NCBI GenBank assembly: GCA_046570105.1
Contig: JBKHVI010000006.1
Location: forward strand, 1-64,000
Origin: Bacteriovoracia bacterium
Lineage (GTDB): Bacteria; Bdellovibrionota; Bacteriovoracia; Bacteriovoracales; Bacteriovoracaceae
Length of the DNA stretch: 64,000 nt
Direction: 5' to 3'
Part shown: piece after piece, positions 55,410 through 64,000 of the stretch
How the letters are laid out: each line of letters opens with the position of its first letter
Numbering within the stretch: position 1 is the stretch's first letter
The notes under the pieces: generated by a model
Told to the model about the DNA's origin: nothing
Databases searched by the model: none
Seen by the model: the letters and a program-made list of their open reading frames with translations, nothing else
Made by a program: the position numbers and the translations under genes

Positions 55410-56843
55410 ATGGATGTGACAGCGAACCAACTCAAGCAAAGAGTCTTCTACGATCCTCTCTACGGTCATATTTCACTGACCAACCTAGAGTGGGCGATTA
55501 TCCACACACCTTTTTATCAACGTCTGCGCTGGATTCGTCAGCTCGGTTTCACTTTTTATACTTTTCCTGGCGCTGAGCACTCGCGCTTTGGTCACTCCAT
55601 TGGAGTGATGCATAACTCACACATGATATTGAAGGCCGTCGGCCGTGCTGTTTCTGATCGCGAACTCTATGACGACAAAGTGGTGTCGGGTGCGAAGACC
55701 TATCACCAAAGCTTGCGTCTCGCGGCACTCTTGCATGATTTAGGGACTTTTCCATTCTCTCATACTACCGAGATGAGCTACATCCGTTACGGTGAAACGA
55801 CCAAGGTGAAAAATGGCAAAGGCCATCCGGATGATCATGAGCACTTGGGGTCTTTTATTATTAAGAATACCGACTATGAAGGCGGCATTACTTTTCTTTT
55901 GAAGCGTTATGGAATTGATCCCCAACGCATTTCTGATCTTGTGAAAGGTCAGGACAAGAGCGTGCTGGCCAATCAAATTTTGCATTCAGAAATTGATTGT
56001 GATCGGATGGATTATCTTTTACGTGATGCTCACTACTCAGGCATTCATTACGGCACTTATGATCGTGATTATCTTTTGAACCACTTTCGCTCAGTGAAGG
56101 TTGGCGATCACGATATTATGGCGATTAACCATAATGCTCTTCATGCCGTCGAAGATTTTTTGATGGCCCGTTATGCCTGGTACTCACAAGTGATTCGCAG
56201 TGCTCGCGGGGCACGCTTTGATGCTATCGCTGAAGAGATGTGTTATCACTTGTTGGAAAAAAATCGTATTTATACCTATTCCCAGTTAATGGATATGGTG
56301 GCCCACGATCCTAAGCGCTTCTATGGTTTTAATGATCAGTACTTCATGCAAGTGGTGCATAGTAACTACATGACAGGGGAGTTTGATAAAACTCCACGCT
56401 TTAAAGATATGGCGAACCGACTGTTGTTTGAGATTGCCCCGCGCACAGTCCGTTGTGATGAATTTAAGCAACGTCTCCTTGACCAAGATGATGATCAAGG
56501 TAATGAAAAAATTCTTCGTCGTGCCCAAGAAAAACTTCAAGAGATCAAAGATGTCTTGAAGAAGAAGGGGACTGATGTGGATTGGGTCTTAGAAGACTTC
56601 CCTAAAAAACATATTGTCTTCGTCAAAAGTCGCAAGAAATTGGTGAAGTCCAAAACCACCGATAATCTCCTCTTAGAGCGTGATCCGGCCAAGATTCTGT
56701 TGGATAACGGGGAAGTACGTTTGTTAGGGGATATGGAAAATTCGGTGATTGCCAGCCTTCAGAACAAATTTAACTTTGTACCAAACGTCTATTGTACTGA
56801 ATCTGCGTGGGAGATCCTACGTCAGGAAGGTATTGTTTCCTGA
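55410..56843 (+). CDS. HD-domain phosphohydrolase (dNTP triphosphohydrolase/SAMHD1-like family)
   Basis: DP.YG.I, QRLR.I.QLG....FPGAEHSRF.HS.G, ALLHDLG..PFSH..E, D.DRMDYL.RD. Confidence 0.88.
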   Translation: MDVTANQLKQRVFYDPLYGHISLTNLEWAIIHTPFYQRLRWIRQLGFTFYTFPGAEHSRFGHSIGVMHNSHMILKAVGRAVSDRELYDDKVVSGAKTYHQSLRLAALLHDLGTFPFSHTTEMSYIRYGETTKVKNGKGHPDDHEHLGSFIIKNTDYEGGITFLLKRYGIDPQRISDLVKGQDKSVLANQILHSEIDCDRMDYLLRDAHYSGIHYGTYDRDYLLNHFRSVKVGDHDIMAINHNALHAVEDFLMARYAWYSQVIRSARGARFDAIAEEMCYHLLEKNRIYTYSQLMDMVAHDPKRFYGFNDQYFMQVVHSNYMTGEFDKTPRFKDMANRLLFEIAPRTVRCDEFKQRLLDQDDDQGNEKILRRAQEKLQEIKDVLKKKGTDVDWVLEDFPKKHIVFVKSRKKLVKSKTTDNLLLERDPAKILLDNGEVRLLGDMENSVIASLQNKFNFVPNVYCTESAWEILRQEGIVS

Positions 56844-56977
56844 GTGAACTGGGCAGGTTTTTCCCTGACCAAAGGACGCTTGCCGAACGTTTCTGCACCC
56901 CGATACAATAAAGGGGCCTACACAATAGGCACGCCAAGATGGCGATTTAGCATAACTTTTCCGCCGAGGATGCACGG

Positions 56978-57676
56978 ATGTATACCCAGCGTTATTCCCC
57001 TCAATCATCAGCGGTCCCTAAGGTCCGCCCTGTTTTTCATTTTGATAATGTCACCGTCGACTTTGGTAAAATCAAAGCTCTTCGCTCCATTCAATTAAGC
57101 GTGTTGCCCAAAGAAATTCTTTTTGTAACTGGTGCTTCAGGCGCAGGTAAATCGACATTGTTAAATTTGATGGCAGGCCTGGTTGATCCCACCAGTGGGA
57201 AAATGCATCGTATGCAGGACGACTCGAAATTTTTCGTCGCTTCTGTCTTTCAAGACTTACGTTTATGGTCACAAAAATCATGCGAACAAAATATGTGGGT
57301 CAGCTACGATCCACGTCTGTATGATTCACGCGAACAATTTCACAAAGAATTGATCGAACTCTCTCGCGTGATGGGTGTTTACGAACATCTTGAGCGCAAG
57401 ATTGAAGACTGTAATGGTGGGCTCAAGAGTAAAGTGGCCATGATCCGTGCACTATTAGCAAAACCAGACGCACTCTTGGCGGATGAACCCACTTCAGCGC
57501 TCGATCGCGAGGCCAGTTTCCGTTTATTTGAACTACTCAGTCACTACAATCAACGCAAAGGTTTGACCTTGGTTTGGGCGACTCACAATCGTGAGATGGT
57601 GAAGCAGTTCCCAGGTAAGGTGGCGCACCTCGATCAAGGGCGCTTAATGTATGCGGGGCAAGCATGTTTTATCTAA
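56978..57676 (+). CDS. ftsE: Cell-division ABC ATPase FtsE (divergent)
   Basis: TGASGAGKSTLL, VFQD.RL, LLADEPT, ATH; ftsE-ftsX-envC-ctpA synteny. Confidence 0.75.
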   Translation: MYTQRYSPQSSAVPKVRPVFHFDNVTVDFGKIKALRSIQLSVLPKEILFVTGASGAGKSTLLNLMAGLVDPTSGKMHRMQDDSKFFVASVFQDLRLWSQKSCEQNMWVSYDPRLYDSREQFHKELIELSRVMGVYEHLERKIEDCNGGLKSKVAMIRALLAKPDALLADEPTSALDREASFRLFELLSHYNQRKGLTLVWATHNREMVKQFPGKVAHLDQGRLMYAGQACFI

Positions 57677-58464
57677 AAGAATTTTTTGCCGTCATTTGGG
57701 AATTGAAAGGTCGTGGAGTGTTCTTTTTTGCGAGCACACTTTTGCTGGCCACAGTTTGTATCTATCGCCCGAGCGTCAACTTAGGTTTAGTGTCACTGGC
57801 CCCTGATGCCTGGGCACGCCCTTACTTTACGGCTTTATTTGATTCATCAGTGAATCGTGAAGAAGTCCTGGAAGAAATTCGTCGTCATCCAGAAGTTGTG
57901 ACTGTTGAAGCGATGGCAAAAAATGAAACAGGCGGAGTCTTAGGTCGCTTGATTCAGCAAATGGGCGAAAGCTATTCGGCCGATGCGAACAATATTGCTG
58001 CTTTTGGTTTACGAGTGGTGCTTAAAAATAGCGCGGCTCAACGCTCTGGGGAAACACTAGTTACAGGACTTGAAAAGAGTTTTGGAACTGAGCATGTCAC
58101 GACTTCGGGTGTACGCACTCCGAAAGTCGGTGGTTTATTTTCCACTCATCCAATTTTTCGCTATCTCTCGCGCTTTGGATTTCCTGGGATCTTAGTGCCT
58201 GTCCTTTTAGTTTGGGCGCTGGCCTTCGCACTTTGTTTTAGTCATTTTAGTCGACGAGCCTTTTTGGTGGAACGTTTCCAGCGTCGCCAACTGGTGCGCG
58301 CTAAAACAACGGCAGCAGGTCTTACTTTAGTCGCGGCCATGACTGCCATCTCATCATTGATATTACAAGGCCCTGATCTCGTGGGAATAGCACTTTGCTT
58401 AGCTGCTTTCTCTATTCCGTGGACCGCCACTATGCGTGAGGTAAAATGGCGTTCGCAAAACTAA
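57664..58464 (+). CDS. ftsX: FtsX-like permease (divergent)
   Basis: TM, then a periplasmic domain, then three TMs; position between ftsE and the envC-like gene. Confidence 0.55.
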   Translation: MFYLKEFFAVIWELKGRGVFFFASTLLLATVCIYRPSVNLGLVSLAPDAWARPYFTALFDSSVNREEVLEEIRRHPEVVTVEAMAKNETGGVLGRLIQQMGESYSADANNIAAFGLRVVLKNSAAQRSGETLVTGLEKSFGTEHVTTSGVRTPKVGGLFSTHPIFRYLSRFGFPGILVPVLLVWALAFALCFSHFSRRAFLVERFQRRQLVRAKTTAAGLTLVAAMTAISSLILQGPDLVGIALCLAAFSIPWTATMREVKWRSQN

Positions 58465-59423
58465 TCCTCATTTTCTCGCTCGCCATCTCTCAGGTACTCG
58501 CGGCCAATACGCTAGCGAAGAGCCGTAGCGAAATATTGCAATTAGGGGCACGCCTTAATGCTTTAGAAAAAAATCTGGGTCAGCATAATAATAAATATCT
58601 CGCCGCGATTGAACGCATCCGCGTTTTTGAAACGGATGTGGTGACATATCAGCAGCGGCTGACGGAAGTGAAAGCTGAAGCGATCAAGCGTGAGCAAGAA
58701 ATGGCTTCTATCTTGCGCTCACATGCCCTGGCGATGGTGGAAGATGAGATTGTTCCTAATGAAGCTTATAAAAAATTAGCTGAAGAAAATCGTGCCCGTG
58801 CTGTCGCGGCCACGCGTGAAGCCGAAGCACTGGAGAAGATTGTCGCTGAATTTCATGAACGGCTTGCCACCCTACGTGCAGACGAACAAGAACTCTTGAA
58901 GCTCAGCCAAGATTTAGAAGCTAAGAAACGTCAAATGACGGAAGTCTATTTGGCCAAACTAGAAGAGCGCCAGAAGTTAGAATCACGTGAACAAAAACAA
59001 AAAATTACTACGCGCTTAAGTGCCATCAAACGTGCTGAAGTGACGGGGGCCCTTATTCCAGCGAGTCTTAAATTTCGCTCACCCGTATTGTCATGGAATG
59101 AAGTCGTTCCCTCAGACAAAGGGATAACCTACAAATTGGGCAAGATGCAGCCGATTGCAGCTCCGCGTGAAGGCAGAGTCGCTTATAATGGAGAATTGGC
59201 CTCATACGGTAAAGTTTTAATGATTGATCATGGCGATGATATTCGTACAGTCATGCTGGGTCGCTTTACTTCTAATTTGGAGAAGAATGCTCACGTAAAG
59301 GTGGGAGACGTTCTAGGACAGACAGAGGGAACAGCTGATTCTCTCTATTTCGAAGTTCGTAAAAAGAACGTCGCACAGAAGACAATTCACTGGATGGAGC
59401 CAGCAGCGACAGGTAAAATCTGA
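58446..59423 (+). CDS. envC: EnvC-like coiled-coil + degenerate M23 murein hydrolase activator
   Basis: Long coiled coil; G.V.Y.G.L..YG.V.MIDHG and LYFEVR without the zinc ligands. Confidence 0.75.
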   Translation: MAFAKLILIFSLAISQVLAANTLAKSRSEILQLGARLNALEKNLGQHNNKYLAAIERIRVFETDVVTYQQRLTEVKAEAIKREQEMASILRSHALAMVEDEIVPNEAYKKLAEENRARAVAATREAEALEKIVAEFHERLATLRADEQELLKLSQDLEAKKRQMTEVYLAKLEERQKLESREQKQKITTRLSAIKRAEVTGALIPASLKFRSPVLSWNEVVPSDKGITYKLGKMQPIAAPREGRVAYNGELASYGKVLMIDHGDDIRTVMLGRFTSNLEKNAHVKVGDVLGQTEGTADSLYFEVRKKNVAQKTIHWMEPAATGKI

Positions 59424-59447
59424 GGACACCAATTCTGGGAGATCCTC

Positions 59448-60860
59448 ATGCGTCGCACACTCTTTTCTATTCTAATTCTTTGCTTTTCTCTATTTGCTCA
59501 CGCTGAAGAAAAGACTGCAGCAAAACCAAATTTAACTAATGCTCAACAACGTTCACGTTTTGAACAGTTGGAACTTTTTAACAAAGTACTTTATCTCGTA
59601 GAGAATCAATACTATCGCCAAGTCGATACAGAGAAGTTAATTGAAGGCGCTTTAAAAGGCATGATGGAAACATTGGATCCTCATTCCTCTTTCTTGAATA
59701 AAGATTTCTTTCAAAAAATGCAAAACGATACTTCTGGTGAGTTTGGTGGTCTTGGTCTTGAAGTCACCAGTCGTGATGGCGCGATCATGGTGATTACTCC
59801 GATTGAAGACAGTCCGGCTTTCCGTGCTGGCATTCGTCCTCGCGATCGTATTGTTGAAATTAATAATGAATCGATTGTGGGCCTTACACTTGATCAAGCG
59901 GTTAAACGCATGCATGGCAAGAACGGTGATGTCATGATCCTAGGGATTCTTCGTGAAGGTGAGGAGAGTGTAAAAACCTTTAAACTCAAACGCGAAATCA
60001 TCAAGGTTAATCCTGTTAAGTCTGAGTTGGTGCAGGGAACAGTCGCTTACGTCCGCCTGACACAATTTCAAAAACGTGCTGCCGTTGCAGTTCAAGAGGC
60101 ATTGATCAAATTGACTGCCGAAGCAAAGAAGAGTGGTGGACTTTCAGGCATCATTCTTGATTTACGTTCAAATCCAGGTGGCCTCTTGGATCAAGCGGTG
60201 GATGTCTCATCTTTATTTTTAAAAGAAGGCATCGTCGTTTCGACGGAGTCACGTGACCCGCAAAATAAAGATATTCGCTATGTGAAGAAACAAGGCTGGA
60301 AAGACCTCAGCACTCCTCTCGCGGTTTTAATTAATGGTGCTTCAGCATCTGCATCTGAAATTGTGGCGGGAGCTATTCAGGATCATAATCGCGGTCCAGT
60401 CGTAGGCCTTCAGTCATTTGGTAAGGGCTCTGTGCAAACGGTAGCGCAGCTTGATGGAGGAACAGGGGTAAAGCTTACTATCGCTCAATACCTCACTCCC
60501 AAGGGCCGTCGTATTCAGGGGATTGGTATTGCACCAGATATTACACTTGAAGATCTTGATCCCGTGGCGTTTGAGCGTGCAAAGCGTTCAGATCGTTATG
60601 TACGCGAGCGTGATCTGCGCAACCACCTCACCGCCACCGTTGAAACAGCTGAAGAAAAGAAGATTCGTGAAGCGTGGGAAAAAGAAGATCGTTTGAAGCG
60701 TGCCGATGCGATTGCGCAAAAACGCAAAGCTGCTAAAGAAGGTAAGAAAGAAGAAGATGATATCTTTCATATCTATAAGCCTTCGGAAGACTACCAAGTG
60801 CAGCAAACAGCATCGCTTCTAAAAACGATTCAATTGGTGGCACCTAAGGTCATTAAGTAA
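59448..60860 (+). CDS. ctpA: Carboxyl-terminal processing protease (S41A, PDZ)
   Basis: LDPHS, GEFGGLG, LDLRSNPGGLL, SASASEIVAGA, SFGKGSVQ, Y.TP.GR.IQ..GI.PD. Confidence 0.93.
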   Translation: MRRTLFSILILCFSLFAHAEEKTAAKPNLTNAQQRSRFEQLELFNKVLYLVENQYYRQVDTEKLIEGALKGMMETLDPHSSFLNKDFFQKMQNDTSGEFGGLGLEVTSRDGAIMVITPIEDSPAFRAGIRPRDRIVEINNESIVGLTLDQAVKRMHGKNGDVMILGILREGEESVKTFKLKREIIKVNPVKSELVQGTVAYVRLTQFQKRAAVAVQEALIKLTAEAKKSGGLSGIILDLRSNPGGLLDQAVDVSSLFLKEGIVVSTESRDPQNKDIRYVKKQGWKDLSTPLAVLINGASASASEIVAGAIQDHNRGPVVGLQSFGKGSVQTVAQLDGGTGVKLTIAQYLTPKGRRIQGIGIAPDITLEDLDPVAFERAKRSDRYVRERDLRNHLTATVETAEEKKIREAWEKEDRLKRADAIAQKRKAAKEGKKEEDDIFHIYKPSEDYQVQQTASLLKTIQLVAPKVIK

Positions 60861-62143
60861 TGTTGACGCTCGGGCAGAAGGCGGCAAGCGTATCTGAGCT
60901 GGTCGCCCACATTAAGCAAACTCTCGAAGAGACTTTTTTTGAAGTCATGGTTGAGGGTGAGATCACGGGTATCTCTCATGCTCATAGTGGGCATTGTTAT
61001 TTCAATCTAATGGATGAAGAAGCTTCCATCTCTTGTGCGTTTTTTCGCCAAGATGTATTACGTCACCCGGGTTTCAAAAATATCAAAGAAGGCGATCGCG
61101 TTTTAGTTTATGGACCTTTGACGGTTTATCAAAAACGCGGCTCATTTCAGATACAAGTTAAAAGAGTCATGCCGGCCGGAGAAGGTCTGTGGAAATTAAA
61201 GTTTGAGGCGCTAAAGAAAAAACTTAGCAGTGAAGGCTTGTTTGATCCTGAAAGGAAGAAACCAATTCCGGCCTTTCCACGACGAATCGCTCTGATTACA
61301 GCACCGGGTGGCGCTGCCCTTCATGACTTTTTAAACGTCTATGAACGACGCTCAATGGGGTTTGAAATTGTTTTGATTCCCGCATTGGTTCAAGGCGACA
61401 AAGCACCTAGCTCACTTATCAATGCTCTCAATAAACTTGAGAAAGTAGAGCCCTTTGATGTGGTCGTTCTTACTCGAGGCGGTGGTAGCCCTGAAGATCT
61501 GTGGTGCTTTAATGATGAAGCTCTCATTCGCAAAATGGCAGAATGTCCTTATCCCATTATCAGTGCTGTGGGCCACGAGGTGGATTGGACTTTAAGTGAT
61601 CATGTTGCTGATCTGCGCTGCGAGACTCCCACGGCAGCGGCCGAAACTTTGACTCAGCCTCAGACAGAAGTATTACGTCGTTTGGTACAAACGCGTGATC
61701 GTTTGATTAATCATTTAAAGACGAAGCAAGCGGAAGCTCAGCGTTTGTTGTTGCGCTATCATCCTCGTCAGCTCATAGGTATTTTGCGCGAAAGACTTCA
61801 GGAACAAATTCAGCGTGTAGAAAAACTAAACCCGCTTCATCGGGCCGATAAGTTTGTTCCGGTCAATCAGCGCAGTATGGAACTTGATGATCTGGCCAGT
61901 CGTTTAGAAAAACGAGTCAAAGAGCAATGGCAAAATTCTCAGCATCGCTTGGATAAGGCGCACGCTCGTATCGAAGCGTTGAATCCAACGAAAGTTCTCT
62001 CGCGTGGGTACTCGATGGTGACATCTTCAGCGGGAATTATTAGCACTCAATTACAATTCAAAAAAATGAAGACAGGTGAAGTCTTGCAACTCGTTTTCCA
62101 AGATGGGACGGGACAAGTGCAAAAGATTGGAGGCGATTTATGA
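60860..62143 (+). CDS. xseA: Exodeoxyribonuclease VII large subunit
   Basis: VEGEI....SGH.YF, RGGGS.EDLW.FN.E, SAVGHE.D, TPTAAAE, L.RGY. Confidence 0.95.
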   Translation: MLTLGQKAASVSELVAHIKQTLEETFFEVMVEGEITGISHAHSGHCYFNLMDEEASISCAFFRQDVLRHPGFKNIKEGDRVLVYGPLTVYQKRGSFQIQVKRVMPAGEGLWKLKFEALKKKLSSEGLFDPERKKPIPAFPRRIALITAPGGAALHDFLNVYERRSMGFEIVLIPALVQGDKAPSSLINALNKLEKVEPFDVVVLTRGGGSPEDLWCFNDEALIRKMAECPYPIISAVGHEVDWTLSDHVADLRCETPTAAAETLTQPQTEVLRRLVQTRDRLINHLKTKQAEAQRLLLRYHPRQLIGILRERLQEQIQRVEKLNPLHRADKFVPVNQRSMELDDLASRLEKRVKEQWQNSQHRLDKAHARIEALNPTKVLSRGYSMVTSSAGIISTQLQFKKMKTGEVLQLVFQDGTGQVQKIGGDL

Positions 62144-63009
62144 AATATTTATTCTTGGTGATGTTAATATCTCAAGCCTGTGCCACTGCTCCTAAGACGC
62201 CGGTTATTAAGGCGGAGAGCTTACCTGAACTCATGAAAATTGATACCCAGCCAGGCATGGTTCGGTGGGTGACATTTAAAGTTCCCAGCGGCTGGGAGAA
62301 AGCGGAATTGTGGTGCAAAGATCAGCGCCTCAAGCACGTCAGCATGAATCCTGGTGTACACTTTGCCTATATCGCAGAGACTTACTTCTCTGATCTTAAT
62401 ACTCATCAGTGTCGTCTTAAGAAAGACAAAGAAGAGCGCTCGGTCGTGGAGTTCTCAATCAAGCCTTACAAGTACAAAGAAGAGTATTTAAAAGTGAATC
62501 CTCGCAAGGTGACACTGGCGAAAAAAGATCTTGAGCGTGCCCAAAAAGAGCAACGCATGCTGAATGAACTCTACAGTCAATCGGCCTTGACTCCCTATTT
62601 TGCGGAGCCATTTAGGGCGCCATTAAATTCACATATCACGAGTGTCTATGGCATCAAACGTGTCTACAATAAGGCCCATCGAGGTCAACACTTAGGGACT
62701 GATTACCGAGCGGCGGTAGGTGTCCCTGTTCCGGCGGTCAATCGTGGACGTATTATGTTTGCTGGCGATCTGTTTTATACTGGCGGAACCGTCATCATCG
62801 ACCATGGAATGGATATTTTCACCGTCTACGGGCATCTGTCTGAGGTGAAAGTTGAAGCCGGTCAAATCGTGAATGCAGGAGATATTGTTGCTCTGTCTGG
62901 AAATACTGGCCGCTCCAGTGGGCCTCACCTGCACTGGGGTGTGAAAATTCATGGGCATTATATCGACGGATATTCCCTGATTGAAGAGACGAAAAAACAA
63001 TTTCCATGA
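62140..63009 (+). CDS. M23 family metallopeptidase (probable lipoprotein)
   Basis: HLGTD (HxxxD), IDHG......YGH, GRSSGPHLH; SQAC lipobox-like sequence. Confidence 0.9.
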   Translation: MKYLFLVMLISQACATAPKTPVIKAESLPELMKIDTQPGMVRWVTFKVPSGWEKAELWCKDQRLKHVSMNPGVHFAYIAETYFSDLNTHQCRLKKDKEERSVVEFSIKPYKYKEEYLKVNPRKVTLAKKDLERAQKEQRMLNELYSQSALTPYFAEPFRAPLNSHITSVYGIKRVYNKAHRGQHLGTDYRAAVGVPVPAVNRGRIMFAGDLFYTGGTVIIDHGMDIFTVYGHLSEVKVEAGQIVNAGDIVALSGNTGRSSGPHLHWGVKIHGHYIDGYSLIEETKKQFP

Positions 63010-64000
63010 ACACACGCACGCTGCTTAACGATCAGGCACATCGTTTAGTTTTTTTGTTAGATCCTCTCCATCCTCAAGATGTGCGTACCACTCTTGAAGG
63101 TTGGATTAAACCATTGAGAGGGGCCACACTGGGAACTTGGGGTGAGAAAGTTCCCGCTGGAAAGCTCGCGTTGTGTCTTCCATCTCCTGCCTGGGAGAAG
63201 CCTAAGCGCTTCCAGGGCCACGCCGTTTTCGTTCGACCCATTCATCAAGATCTTTTAAGTCTCAGTGAGACTTCTCAAATTGAAGAGCAAGTCGATGCTG
63301 TCTTGGAGGCCCATGAAGGAGAGACACCTTTTTATGTGGTGGTAGCAGGACTTCTGTCTCGCGCGATGGCGCGAGAAGGCGAGAGTGCGCGCAAGATGGC
63401 CTTGAAGTATTCCCGTCAGTTTGAGCGACAATTAAAAAATGCCATGACTGAGTTAAGTGAAGATCCGGCACTTCATACTCTGTACCTAGAGAACTTTGAA
63501 CGATTCTTAGATTTACAAGAAGAGCTAGCCGGTGCGCCTGGTGTAGAAACACTGACACAAAATTTGGAATTACTGGCACGTCGCTTGGATCGAAAAAAGA
63601 ATTGGCGCCTCCATTTTTCTGGAGCACCAGCTTCTGAGGGCGCGGGACAGCTTTTTTATTTGGGACGTCTACAGGGAGCGCCGGTTTTTTTAGAGAACCT
63701 TACTCAGCTGGAAACAACACTTGATATCACCGCGGCCGCCTTGATTGCCGCCTCACTCACTAAAATTGTTAAACGGTGGGAGAGTGATCAGTCAGATATT
63801 AAGCCCGGACAAATGGTGCAAGAGGCGTTTCAAGCGCTGCCTTTTCCGATGCTACTTTTAGGTGGTAAAGGTGAAGTCCTGCAACACAATACTGCCTTTG
63901 TAAAAATGAATCTGACACCTTCACGCGTGCATAAACTACAAGACATTGATCAAGTTCAGCTAAAAGAACAGAGCTGGACTGTCAGAAGAACGATGTTGAG
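63006..64000 (+). CDS. Partial ORF running off the window, with a PAS-like segment near the end (possible sensor)
   Basis: ATGA overlap with the M23 stop; reads MNTRTLLNDQAHRLVFLLDP... and near the end AFQALPFPMLLLGGKGEVLQHNTAF. It is absent from the ORF track because no stop codon is reached. Confidence 0.6.
   Translation, partial: MNTRTLLNDQAHRLVFLLDPLHPQDVRTTLEGWIKPLRGATLGTWGEKVPAGKLALCLPSPAWEKPKRFQGHAVFVRPIHQDLLSLSETSQIEEQVDAVLEAHEGETPFYVVVAGLLSRAMAREGESARKMALKYSRQFERQLKNAMTELSEDPALHTLYLENFERFLDLQEELAGAPGVETLTQNLELLARRLDRKKNWRLHFSGAPASEGAGQLFYLGRLQGAPVFLENLTQLETTLDITAAALIAASLTKIVKRWESDQSDIKPGQMVQEAFQALPFPMLLLGGKGEVLQHNTAFVKMNLTPSRVHKLQDIDQVQLKEQSWTVRRTML

Noticed and set aside
55410..56843. 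HD dNTPase as an anti-phage defence system
   Set aside because: It lies among housekeeping genes with no defence-island context, and this HD family is widespread.
58446..59423. Missing zinc ligands in the M23 domain
   Set aside because: Expected for EnvC-type activators.
63057..63627. Two minus-strand ORFs at the right end
   Set aside because: They are shadows of the plus-strand ORF from 63006 that continues the operon off the window.

Overview
This is a gene-dense chromosomal window from a predatory Bdellovibrionota bacterium, most likely Bacteriovoracia-like. The assignment is inferred from the FHA-GGDEF cyclase, the TIGR02147-like and DUF4360 genes and the beta-barrel paralog pair. From left to right it contains: a HigBA toxin-antitoxin pair cut by the window edge; a TonB-dependent receptor and a PepSY-TM gene that share an upstream palindromic operator and flank a ~190-nt highly structured repeat element plus two tandem outer-membrane beta-barrel paralogs; secreted hydrolases and lipoproteins; a CarH/LitR-like MerR-B12 regulator divergent from acs; a divergent DUF4360 pair; lemA-TPM-TPM; rpsT; hbd-crt-acyl-CoA dehydrogenase and a thiolase, with a histone-H1-like Lys/Ala-rich gene between them; a signalling neighbourhood (cNMP protein, GYF-PilZ, Ser/Thr kinase, FHA-GGDEF); ppsR, cytochrome c peroxidase, miaA, mutL, pgi and two more acyl-CoA dehydrogenases; rlmN; a PLD-family nuclease; sppA-lapB-three unknowns-tolQRAB; a degenerate sigma54-type activator; an HD phosphohydrolase; and ftsE-ftsX-envC-ctpA-xseA-M23 followed by an ORF running off the end. 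I saw no rRNA, tRNA, CRISPR array, transposase, integrase or reverse transcriptase. The strongest leads are the structured intergenic element at 3678-3868, the shared operator at 1526 and 6111, the possible kinase > FHA-GGDEF > PilZ circuit, the H1-like protein, and several apparent pseudo-enzymes (GH35-like, M48-like, GAFTGA-less activator). All family calls come from recognising motifs by eye, not from database searches.
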